Below are positions 18,427-27,120 of a stretch of 64,000 bases of DNA, in pieces. The position numbers were made by a program, and so were the translations under genes. The stretch comes from Chloroflexota bacterium (lineage in GTDB: Bacteria > Chloroflexota > UBA5177): assembly GCA_035295425.1 (NCBI GenBank), contig DATGJB010000147.1, positions 778-64,777 of the forward strand, in the 5' to 3' direction. The notes under the pieces were generated by a model. It saw nothing but the letters and a program-made list of their open reading frames with translations. It made no database searches and was not told the origin of the DNA. Every line of letters starts with the position of its first letter. The first letter of the stretch is position 1.

Positions 18427-19194
18427 ATGCCCGAATACGCTCCCGGTGTCCCGATGTGGGTCGATGTCTCGAGCCCCGACCTGGCTCGCGCCAGCGCGTT
18501 CTACAGCAACCTCTTCGGCTGGGACGCGCAGGTTGCGCCCATGCCCGAAGCGGGCGGCTATACGATGTACTCCCGCGACGGCAAGGTGGTAGCTGGCGGC
18601 GGACCGACCTTCAGTCCGGATCAACCGGCTGCCTGGTCGACCTACGTGTGCACGTCGGATGCCGACGCCACGGCGCAGGCAGTCGCGGATGCCGGCGGTC
18701 AGGTCGTGATGGGGCCGATAGATGTCATGGGCCAGGGACGCATGGCCGTGTTCACCGATCCGACCGGCGCGTTCATCTCGGTCTGGCAGCCGCAGCTGCA
18801 CAATGGGGCCCAGCTCGTCAACGAAACCGGCTCCTTCTGCTGGAACGAGCTCTACACCCGCGACATGCCGGCCGCTCGCGCCTTCTATCAGAAGGTATTC
18901 GGCTGGGGCGCCGAGGAGCAGCCGTTCAACGGTGGCTCCTACACTACGTTCCAGGTCGACGGCCGGTCCATTGCCGGCGGCATGGACATGAGCACCATGC
19001 TCCCTGAATCCGTCCCGCCCCACTGGCTGGTGTACTTCACGGTCGACAACACCGCCGACACTGTTGCGAAAGCCACGGAGCTCGGTGGCAGCACGGTGTT
19101 TGGGCCGCACGACACGCCGATGGGCCCAATAGCTGGGATCCAGGACCCAACCGGCGCCGTCTTCGCGGTGATCCAAGCCGGACAGCCAGGCTAG
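18427..19194 (+). CDS. VOC family two-domain glyoxalase/bleomycin-resistance protein (CFP32-like)
   Basis: PGVPMWVD, FYSNLFGW, GRMAVFTDPTGA, WNELYTRD and HWLVYFTV motifs. GAGG RBS. Confidence 0.9.
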   Translation: MPEYAPGVPMWVDVSSPDLARASAFYSNLFGWDAQVAPMPEAGGYTMYSRDGKVVAGGGPTFSPDQPAAWSTYVCTSDADATAQAVADAGGQVVMGPIDVMGQGRMAVFTDPTGAFISVWQPQLHNGAQLVNETGSFCWNELYTRDMPAARAFYQKVFGWGAEEQPFNGGSYTTFQVDGRSIAGGMDMSTMLPESVPPHWLVYFTVDNTADTVAKATELGGSTVFGPHDTPMGPIAGIQDPTGAVFAVIQAGQPG

Positions 19195-19225
19195 CCGGCC
19201 ACCGGTTCAGTTCGCACGCAGACGC

Positions 19226-19268
19226 CTCGGAGGGCTCCGCCGATCGGCGGAGCCCTCCGAGTTTCCTC
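19226..19268 (+). terminator. Intrinsic terminator-like hairpin
   Basis: Perfect inverted repeat CTCGGAGGGCTCCGCCGA|TCGGCGGAGCCCTCCGAG followed by TTTCCT. Confidence 0.75.
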
Positions 19269-19288
19269 CTCGTGACCGAAGCGGGCCT

Positions 19289-19539
19289 GCGGCAGGCGCA
19301 CCGGTTGGTGACCGCGCACCGCCAGCAGAGCACCGCCGGAACGTAGAAGAGCGCTTCAGCGCGGTGGCTGTTGTTCAGCCAGGAGTTTCCACCAGGGGAA
19401 ACACCGGCGGGGCACGAACGCGGACCCATGGCGATTATTGCGGTGCTGGGCAACCCCGCACGTCGGGGCCCTGCGACGGACCCCTCGTGCTGATGCGCGG
19501 CGAGAGTGTGGGGCGCGCACGAGGCGCTCCGCTACATGT
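19289..19539 (+). repeat. Copy B of the 251-bp inverted repeat (orphan nfi 3' fragment plus REP doublet)
   Basis: Encodes RQAHRLVTAHRQQSTAGT*, compared with nfi RQAHRLVTAYRQQHTAGT*. About 89% identical to the reverse complement of 3646-3896. Confidence 0.9.
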
Positions 19540-19721
19540 AGGGGGGAGGGGTGGGGGAAGCGAAGGGCAGGTGGAAGTGCCCGGCGCCGGGAATGGGCGC
19601 ATACGCGAATGAGGATTGGACGAGTAGGAGGGAAGCGGCGGCGTGTACGATCAGCATCGCCTTCGCATAAAGTGAGACACGTACCGGCGGCGCGCCGGGA
19701 ACCCGCGGAGGCGAATGCGAG

Positions 19722-22214
19722 ATGGAGAGAAACACCAGGATTGTCATCATCGGGGCCGGCATCGTCGGCTGCAGCCTCGCCGAAGAGCTGACGTCGCTCG
19801 GCTGCGAGAACGTCCTAGTTCTGGATCAGGGTCCACTCTTCCGGCCCGGCGGCTCGACCTCGCACGCACCGGGCGGCGTGTTGCAGATGAACTTCTCGCG
19901 GACCATCACGCAGTTCGCCCAGTACACGGTGCGCCGCTACTGCGAGCTCGAGCTGGACGGCGAGCCGGTCTTCTACCAGGTAGGCAGTCTCGAGGTGGCG
20001 ACGACCGAGGAGCGCTGGGAGGACCTGAAGCGGCGCCACGGCGCTGCTACCTCCTGGGGTGTGCCGTCGGAGATGCTGAGTCCGGAGCAGTGTGAGGCGC
20101 GCATCCCGCTGCTCGACGGCAGTAAGATCCGTGGCGGGCTCTTCGTACCGACCGATGGTGCGGCGCGGCCATCCGCTGCCGCCGAGGCGCTGGCACGGCT
20201 GGCCGTGTCCCGGGGTGCCATCTTCCGCGGCGACACCGAGGTCACGGGCATCGAGGTCCGGCACGGACATGTAACCGGGGTCGACACAGCGGAGGCCTTC
20301 ATCCCGGCCGACGTCGTCGTCAGCTGCGCCGGAATCTGGGGCCCGAGGATCGGGCGCATGGTCGGCGTCAGCATCCCGCTGGTGCCGATGCAGCACCTCT
20401 TTGCCTGGACAACGCCTATCCCGGAGCTGGCCGGCGAGACGCGGGAATCGGCATTCCCGACCATGCGGCATCAGGGCCGCGACCTCTACTTCCGTCATCA
20501 GCGCGACCGCTACGGCGTCGGTACCTACGAGCACCGCCCGTTGCCGATCGCCGCCGACGACCTGCTGAGCCCCCAGGATGCAGAGGTCATGCCGTCGGTG
20601 CTGCCCTTCACGTCCGAGGATTTCGCGCCGTCCTGGGAGGTAACCGCCGAGCTACTGCCCGCGATCGGCCGTGCCGAGCTGGCCGATCCGTTCAATGGCG
20701 TCTTCTCCTTTACCACCGACGGCTTCCCTCTGCTCGGCGAGTCCCGGCAGGTGCGCGGCTTCTGGATGGCCGAGGCGGTCTGGATCACGCACGCCGCCGG
20801 CGTTGCCCGCTCGGTCGCGGAATGGATGGTGACGGGCCGCTCGCACATCGACCTCCGACAGTGTGACATTCAGCGCTTCGAGCCGTTCGCGCTCAGTTCG
20901 TCGTACGTAATGGAGCGAAGCTGTCAGGCCTATATCCAGGTCTACGACGTCATCCATCCGGTCGAATGTATGGACCAGCCGCGTCCGCTCCGCGTCAGTC
21001 CCTTCTACGCGCGCGAGCGAGAGCTTGGCGCGTTCTTCCTCGAGGCAGTCGGGTGGGAGCGTCCACAGTGGTACGAGAGCAACGCGTCGCTGGTCGACGG
21101 ACGTGCCATCCCGCCGCGAGATGAGTGGGCCGGCCGCTTCTGGTCGCCGATTGTCGGCGCCGAGCACCTGGCAACGCGCGAGCGTGTTGCCCTCTACGAC
21201 ATGCAGTCGCTAAGCAAGGTCGAGGTGACCGGACCCGGCGCGGTCGCCTTCCTGCAGCGCCTCACAACCGGCAACATGGACCGCTCGGTGGGCAGCGTCA
21301 CCTACACGCTGATGCTCGACGAAGCGGCCGGCATCAAGAGCGACATCACGGTTGCCCGTCTCGGCAAGGAGCGCTTCCAGATCGGCTGCAACGGACCGCG
21401 GGATGTCGACTACTTTGAGCGCAACCTGCCCGCCGAAGGGTCGGTGCAGATACGCAATCTCACCGGCGGCCTCTGCTGCGTCGGCGTCTGGGGACCGCGC
21501 GCCCGCGATCTAGTGCAGAGCCTGTCGGATGCCGACTTCTCTGAAACCGGCCATCCCTTCTTCCGCGCCAGAGACGTCTACATCCGGGAAGTGCCGGTTA
21601 CTGCAATGCGCCTCTCCTACGTGGGTGAGCTGGGCTGGGAGATCTACACCACTGCCGATCTGGGCCAGCGCCTGTGGGACCTGCTCTGGGAAGCCGGGCA
21701 ATCGCTCGGCGTCATCGCCGGCGGCCGCGGCGCCTACGACAGCCTGCGCCTGGAGAAGGGCTACCGCTTCTACGGCCGCGATATGTGGACCGAGCACGAT
21801 CCCTACGAGGCCGGTCTCGGATTCACGGTCAATCTGGAGAAAGGCGACTTCGTGGGACGCGACGCCCTGCTGCGCCGCCGAGAGGAAGGTCCGCGCCAGG
21901 TCCTCGTTCCGCTGACGCTGGACGATCAGGGGGACGTCGTTATGGGAACCGAGCCGGTCTACGCCGGCGACGAGCCGGTCGGCTTCGTGACGAGCGCCGC
22001 CTACGGCTACTCCATCGGGCGCGGCATCGCCTACGCCTGGCTGCCACCGGGCCATGCCGAGCCCGACACATCCCTCGCGATCGAGTACTTCGGCCGCCGC
22101 CTTCCGGCGACGGTACAGCGCGAGCCGCTCTTCGACCCACTAATGGAGCGAATGAGACAGCGACCCGTCCGAACCGATCAGGCACGTCCCAGTGCCCAGC
22201 TCATCTCCACCTAG
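19722..22214 (+). CDS. Dimethylglycine oxidase/dehydrogenase (FAD + GcvT folate domain)
   Basis: IIGAGIVG, GGSTSHAPG (covalent-FAD His as in Arthrobacter DMGO), SFTTDGFPLLGE, AEAVWITH, GWERPQW, SYVGELGWEIY and LRLEKGY motifs. Confidence 0.9.
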   Translation: MERNTRIVIIGAGIVGCSLAEELTSLGCENVLVLDQGPLFRPGGSTSHAPGGVLQMNFSRTITQFAQYTVRRYCELELDGEPVFYQVGSLEVATTEERWEDLKRRHGAATSWGVPSEMLSPEQCEARIPLLDGSKIRGGLFVPTDGAARPSAAAEALARLAVSRGAIFRGDTEVTGIEVRHGHVTGVDTAEAFIPADVVVSCAGIWGPRIGRMVGVSIPLVPMQHLFAWTTPIPELAGETRESAFPTMRHQGRDLYFRHQRDRYGVGTYEHRPLPIAADDLLSPQDAEVMPSVLPFTSEDFAPSWEVTAELLPAIGRAELADPFNGVFSFTTDGFPLLGESRQVRGFWMAEAVWITHAAGVARSVAEWMVTGRSHIDLRQCDIQRFEPFALSSSYVMERSCQAYIQVYDVIHPVECMDQPRPLRVSPFYARERELGAFFLEAVGWERPQWYESNASLVDGRAIPPRDEWAGRFWSPIVGAEHLATRERVALYDMQSLSKVEVTGPGAVAFLQRLTTGNMDRSVGSVTYTLMLDEAAGIKSDITVARLGKERFQIGCNGPRDVDYFERNLPAEGSVQIRNLTGGLCCVGVWGPRARDLVQSLSDADFSETGHPFFRARDVYIREVPVTAMRLSYVGELGWEIYTTADLGQRLWDLLWEAGQSLGVIAGGRGAYDSLRLEKGYRFYGRDMWTEHDPYEAGLGFTVNLEKGDFVGRDALLRRREEGPRQVLVPLTLDDQGDVVMGTEPVYAGDEPVGFVTSAAYGYSIGRGIAYAWLPPGHAEPDTSLAIEYFGRRLPATVQREPLFDPLMERMRQRPVRTDQARPSAQLIST

Positions 22215-22243
22215 CTGCCCCTTGACCCTCCACCGCCTCCGCC

Positions 22244-22265
22244 GTAGCGGAGGGCTTTAGCCCGG
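22244..22265 (+). repeat. Solo REP (GTAGCGGAGGGCTTTAGCCCGG)
   Basis: Same unit as the REP doublets at 28899-29155. Confidence 0.75.
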
Positions 22266-22374
22266 CCACCGCACGCCCGCAGCGCTTCCCGGTCCACACA
22301 ACGGTCTACCTGCCCACCGCAAAGGCACCCAAACCTGATAAGCTAAACCAGACTTAGTTCAACGGGATAGGACA

Positions 22375-22617
22375 ATGCGACAGGTCAACATCCACGAGGC
22401 GAAGACACATCTTTCGCGGCTCGTCGAGGACGCGGCGCGTGGTGACGAAATCATCATTGCCAGGGCCGGCAAACCGGTAGCACGGCTCGTGTCAATCGAC
22501 GACAACGCTACTCCGCGGTGCCCTGGTCTCCTGCGGGACAAGATCTGGATTGCGGATGACTTTGACGCTCCGCTCCCCGAGGAGATGTTGGGGTCCTTTC
22601 ACGGCGCCGCGGGGTGA
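22375..22617 (+). CDS. vapB: Type II antitoxin, Phd/YefM family
   Basis: MRQVNIHEAKTHLSRLVE...IIARAGKPVARLV...DDFDAPLP. Confidence 0.92.
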   Translation: MRQVNIHEAKTHLSRLVEDAARGDEIIIARAGKPVARLVSIDDNATPRCPGLLRDKIWIADDFDAPLPEEMLGSFHGAAG

Positions 22618-22994
22618 GGCTGCTGCTCGATACGCACATCCTCCTCTGGTGGCTGCGGGATGATCGCCTCCTTCCGGCTCGCGCCGGTGCTCTGGTCGCC
22701 GATCGACGCAATCAGGTATTCGTCAGCCCCATGAGCCTCTGGGAGATTGCAATCAAGGCTCAGCTTGGCAGGCTGGAGGCAAACGTCAACGAGGTGAGCG
22801 CCGCCGCGGTACAGAGTGGTCTGGACGAGCTGCCGTTCACGCTGGAGCACGCCGCCGCCGTGGCGGGGCTTCCGCGGCACCACAGCGACCCCTTCGACCG
22901 AGCCCTCGTGGCCCAGGCGCTGTCCGAGCCGCTAACCCTGCTGACGCACGATCAGACGCTCAGCGTGTATGGCCGGCACGTCATGCTTGTCTGA
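22614..22994 (+). CDS. vapC: Type II toxin, PIN domain
   Basis: LLLDTHILLW, SLWEIAIK and HSDPFDRALVAQA motifs. GTGA overlap with the antitoxin. Confidence 0.92.
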   Translation: MRLLLDTHILLWWLRDDRLLPARAGALVADRRNQVFVSPMSLWEIAIKAQLGRLEANVNEVSAAAVQSGLDELPFTLEHAAAVAGLPRHHSDPFDRALVAQALSEPLTLLTHDQTLSVYGRHVMLV

Positions 22995-23013
22995 TGTGGC
23001 AGCCACATCCGGA

Positions 23014-25074
23014 TCAGGCGGTCTTGTCCGTGCCCGTCTCGCGTAGCTGGAGCTCTTTGGCCAGCAACTCATCCGGCGGGATATGGCAGCGGTACTGGTT
23101 GCCGGCCGGGCCGCGACGCCAGGGCGGCTCCTGCTGCTTGCAGATATCGCCTAGGTAGAGCGGGCAGCGGGTGTGGAAGCGGCAGCCGCTCGGCGGGTCG
23201 CTCGGGCTCGGAAGCACGCCGCGCAGCTTCACGCGGGTGCGCGCGCCCTCTGATTCCAGCATCGGCATCGCCGATAGCAGCGACTCGGTATACGGATGGT
23301 GCGGAATGTCGAAGACCGCCTCGGCCGGTCCCACCTCCATCAGCCAGCCCAGGTACATAACGCCGATGTAGTCGGCGATGTAGCGCACCACTGCCAGATC
23401 GTGCGAGATGAAGACGTAGGAAACGCCGGTCTTCTGCAGATCCACCAGCAGGTTCAGGATCGCCGCCTGTACCGACACATCCAGTGCCGACACCGGTTCG
23501 TCGCATAGGACCAGCGACGGCGATCCGGCAAAGGCTCGGGCGATCGAGGCCCGCTGCTTCTGGCCGCCCGACAGAGCGGTTGGCCGCGCGTCGAGGTGTC
23601 GCCCTTCGAGCTTGACCGACGTTGCAAGCTGGTCGGCGCGTTGCTCCAGCTCAGCGCGGCTTCGAATCCCGGCCAGACGCCGTAGTGCCCGGAACAGGGA
23701 CGTGCGGATTGAGTAGCTCGGGTTCAGCGCGCTGTCCGGGTTCTGGAAGACCATCTGCAGCTTGCGTCTGAGATCAAGGCGGCGGCGCACCGCGACCGCG
23801 GGAAGCGGCGCCTGCTCGAATTGCACCGCCCCACCGGTAGGAGCGGTGAGGCCGACGATAACCTTGGCCAGCGAGCTCTTGCCGCTGCCTGACTCCCCCA
23901 CCAGACCGAAGACCTCGCCGCGCCGGACTTCCAGGGACACGCCCGCCACCGCCGCGACCGCGCTGCCGCCTGAATGGTACGTCTTGATCAGATCGTCGAT
24001 CTTGAGGAGCACCTCATCGCTGCGGGCGGGGAGCGGCTCCACAGCGGCCGCGCTGCTGGGCGGAATCCGGTCCACCTCCTCGAAGTAAAAGCAGCGGCTT
24101 GCCCGGGTGTCGGACACGGGGATCAGCGGCGGCTTCTCCTCACGGCAGCGCTCGCGCGCGATCGGGCAGCGGTCGGCGTAGTTGCAACCCGGAGGCTGGG
24201 AGCCAAGCGCGGGCAGCGAGCCCGGAATAGGATCCAGCCGCTGGGTGCGCTTATTCATGCCGAGCCTCGGCACGCAGCGCAGCAGGCCGAGGGTGTAGGG
24301 ATGGCGCGGGTCGAGGAACGCCTTGAGCGCCGGCCCTTCCTCGATCACCCGGCCGGCGTAGAGCACGCCGACACGTTCGCAGATGCGCGCAACGATGCCC
24401 AGATTGTGGCTGATGAACAGGATCGAGGTGTTGAATTGGGCGCGGAGCTGCTCCACCAGGTCGAGCACCTCGGCCTCGACCGTGGCGTCGAGACCCGTGG
24501 TGGGCTCGTCGAGCACCAGTAGCTCCGGGTCGGTCGCCAACGCCATCGCGAACATGATTCGCTGCTGCTGCCCGCCGGACAGCTCGTGGGGGTATCGCTG
24601 CAGTACGCCTCGCGGATTGGAGATCTGGACCTTCTCCAGCATTGCGGCCGAGGCGTCCCACGCCTCCTGTTTGTCCATGTGCCGGTGATAGCGGTAGACC
24701 TCCGCGATCTGGGAACCGATGCGCATTGACGGATTCAGCGCGCTTCCCGGGTCCTGATAGACCATCGCCATCCGATCGCCGCGCAGCGCCCGCAGCTCGG
24801 AATCGGAGAGGGTAAGAAGATCCTTGCCGGCGAACATGATCTTCCCGCTCTCCACAATGGCGTTCGACGGCAGATAGCGCATGAGCGCCATTGCCACGGT
24901 CGTCTTCCCGCAACCGGACTCGCCGACCAGACCGTACGCCTCGCCCGGCTTGATATACAGCGAGATATCGTCGATCACTTTCAGCGCCCGCCGCTTTCGG
25001 CGGTAGCGGATGGTCAGACCCGAGATGTCGACGGCGTGGGTGGACGCTGCGGCAGTCGTTTCGGCAACGCTCAT
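23014..25074 (-). CDS. Peptide/nickel-type ABC ATP-binding protein (fused DppD-DppF)
   Basis: Two NBDs (GESGCGKT and GESGSGKS, LSGGQ), HPYT and Cys-rich C-terminal oligopeptide-ATPase motifs. ATG 25074 overlaps the permease stop. Confidence 0.93.
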   Translation of the reverse strand: MSVAETTAAASTHAVDISGLTIRYRRKRRALKVIDDISLYIKPGEAYGLVGESGCGKTTVAMALMRYLPSNAIVESGKIMFAGKDLLTLSDSELRALRGDRMAMVYQDPGSALNPSMRIGSQIAEVYRYHRHMDKQEAWDASAAMLEKVQISNPRGVLQRYPHELSGGQQQRIMFAMALATDPELLVLDEPTTGLDATVEAEVLDLVEQLRAQFNTSILFISHNLGIVARICERVGVLYAGRVIEEGPALKAFLDPRHPYTLGLLRCVPRLGMNKRTQRLDPIPGSLPALGSQPPGCNYADRCPIARERCREEKPPLIPVSDTRASRCFYFEEVDRIPPSSAAAVEPLPARSDEVLLKIDDLIKTYHSGGSAVAAVAGVSLEVRRGEVFGLVGESGSGKSSLAKVIVGLTAPTGGAVQFEQAPLPAVAVRRRLDLRRKLQMVFQNPDSALNPSYSIRTSLFRALRRLAGIRSRAELEQRADQLATSVKLEGRHLDARPTALSGGQKQRASIARAFAGSPSLVLCDEPVSALDVSVQAAILNLLVDLQKTGVSYVFISHDLAVVRYIADYIGVMYLGWLMEVGPAEAVFDIPHHPYTESLLSAMPMLESEGARTRVKLRGVLPSPSDPPSGCRFHTRCPLYLGDICKQQEPPWRRGPAGNQYRCHIPPDELLAKELQLRETGTDKTA

Positions 25075-25985
25075 GACTCCAGCACCTCCTTGAGGCCGTC
25101 CGCCACGAAGTTGATCGCGATCACCAGGGAAGCGAGGGCCAGGGCCGGAAAGAGCACCGTCCAGGGTGCGATCTGCAGGACGGTACGCTCCTGGGCGATG
25201 GTCAGGCCCCAATCCGGTGAGGGAGGCTGGATTCCGAAGCCGAGGAACGACAGTGTGGCGACGGTGAAGATGGCATAGGCAAGACGAACCGTCGCCTCCA
25301 CCACGATCGGACCTGTGATGTTCGGCAGGATCTCGCGCGCCATGATGAACGGTCCGCGCGCGCCCAGCAGCTTGGCCGCGGCCACGTACTCCCGCTCCCG
25401 CTCCACCAGGACCGCGGCACGGACCGTCCGCGCCACGATCGGCGAGAAGATGATGCCGATGACCAGTACCACGTTGAGCGTGCTGGAACCGAAGACGGTC
25501 AGGACGAGGATGGCGATGATGATCCCAGGGAACGAGAGAAGCGCGTCGACCGCCCGCATCAGCACGTCGTCGACGATCCCGCGATAGTAGCCGGCGATCA
25601 GCCCAACCGCGATCCCTCCGATCAGGCCGAGCAACGTCGCCTCGACCGATATCGTCAGCACCGAGCTTGCCCCCGCCAGGACGCGAGAAAAGACATCGCG
25701 CCCCAGATCATCAGTGCCGAACCAGTGGGCGCCGGATGGTGCGCTGAGCGAAGTGGAGAACGCCTGCGGGTCTTGCGGGACGTAGAGCTGCCAGAAGATC
25801 GCGTCAAAGACCCAGTACAGCAGAACCACCGCGCCGACCACGAAAACCGGCGAGCGCAGCAGGCCGGCGCCGACCTCACGCAGCCGCGCCCGCCGCCCCA
25901 CGGTCGTTGAAGTGACGATTGGGCCAAGCGGCGCGTCGGGTGAGGGAATGGGCTCGAGGGCAGGCGGCTGGCCGACGGCTTCCAT
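25071..25985 (-). CDS. ABC permease, DppC-like
   Basis: HWFGTDDLGRDVFSR, EYVAAAKLLG and LSFLGFGIQPPSPDWG motifs. Confidence 0.93.
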   Translation of the reverse strand: MEAVGQPPALEPIPSPDAPLGPIVTSTTVGRRARLREVGAGLLRSPVFVVGAVVLLYWVFDAIFWQLYVPQDPQAFSTSLSAPSGAHWFGTDDLGRDVFSRVLAGASSVLTISVEATLLGLIGGIAVGLIAGYYRGIVDDVLMRAVDALLSFPGIIIAILVLTVFGSSTLNVVLVIGIIFSPIVARTVRAAVLVEREREYVAAAKLLGARGPFIMAREILPNITGPIVVEATVRLAYAIFTVATLSFLGFGIQPPSPDWGLTIAQERTVLQIAPWTVLFPALALASLVIAINFVADGLKEVLES

Positions 25986-26926
25986 CAGTCGCTCAACCTC
26001 ACCCGAGGATTCAACACGGCGTAGAGGACGTCGGCGCTGAGGTTGGCCACCATGTAGATGATCGCGATGAGCAGCACAGTCGCCTCGAGCATCGGCACAT
26101 CGTGTCCCTGGGCGGAGTCGAAAACCAGCTTGCCGATCCCCGGGTAGCTGAAGAGCGTCTCGATCACGACCAGGCCACCTACCAGGTAGCCGGCCTGGAC
26201 GAAGACGACGGTGATCGTCGGCAGTAAGGAGTTCCGCAGAACATGCCGAAAGATGACGACCCGACGCGGTAACCCCTTGAGCACCGCCGTGCGCACGTAG
26301 TTCGAGTCAAGCGTCGATATCGTGCCGGCCCGCGCCATGCGCGCGATATAGCCAAACAACACAAACATCAGTGGTATGGACGGCAGCAGCAGCTGATGGA
26401 TGATATCCGCCGGATTCCAGGATGGGACGTTGGCGGAAGCCGGTAGCCACTTGAGGGCAACCGCGAAGATGACCAGCAGGACAACGCCGGACACGAACTC
26501 CGGCAAGGCGATCAGCGACAGCCCCATGACCGTGATCAGCCGGTCGAGCACCTTTCCGTGCGACAGGGCGGCGACGACTCCCAGCCCGATCGAGATCGGC
26601 ACGATCAAGATGAATGCGAACCCGGCGAGAATCAGCGAATTTACCAGGCGCGTCAGTGCCATCGCCCGGACCGGCGTATTGAGCAGATACGATTGCCCCC
26701 AGTCGCCACGCACAAACGCCGTCGCCCATTTCCAGTAGCGGACGGGCAGTGGCTGGTCCACACCAAGCTGATGATCGACGCGCGCCACCGCATCAGGGGA
26801 GGCGTATGGGCCAAGGATGATCCTACCCACATCACCGTGCAGCTGCGAGACAGCGAACACCGCCATGGAGACGAGAATCAGGGTGACGAGGGCGAGTGCC
26901 AGTCGCTTGAGAATGAACCGCCCCAT
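25985..26926 (-). CDS. ABC permease, DppB-like
   Basis: GDWGQS, YVRTAVLKGL, RHVLRNSLLP and VIETLFSYPGIG motifs. Confidence 0.93.
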   Translation of the reverse strand: MGRFILKRLALALVTLILVSMAVFAVSQLHGDVGRIILGPYASPDAVARVDHQLGVDQPLPVRYWKWATAFVRGDWGQSYLLNTPVRAMALTRLVNSLILAGFAFILIVPISIGLGVVAALSHGKVLDRLITVMGLSLIALPEFVSGVVLLVIFAVALKWLPASANVPSWNPADIIHQLLLPSIPLMFVLFGYIARMARAGTISTLDSNYVRTAVLKGLPRRVVIFRHVLRNSLLPTITVVFVQAGYLVGGLVVIETLFSYPGIGKLVFDSAQGHDVPMLEATVLLIAIIYMVANLSADVLYAVLNPRVRLSD

Positions 26927-27120
26927 CGAGTGCCTCTCCGCCCGTCTAGCAGTCTATCTCAGCCGGCGCGAGCATGCGCCCCGCGGTCATCAGGGACGGT
27001 AACACTGTCTGTCCCCGCGGTATGCAGTTCTCCCGCCGCCTTCCGCCTGCACACTGAACCATGTCTATGAAGTGTAGGTGTCGGTAGCCGCTCTGTCAAA
27101 ACAACGTCCGGCGTCGACGA

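Noticed and set aside
22375-22994. vapBC as the marker of a defence island
   Set aside because: A solitary, ordinary type II TA pair with no neighbouring defence genes.
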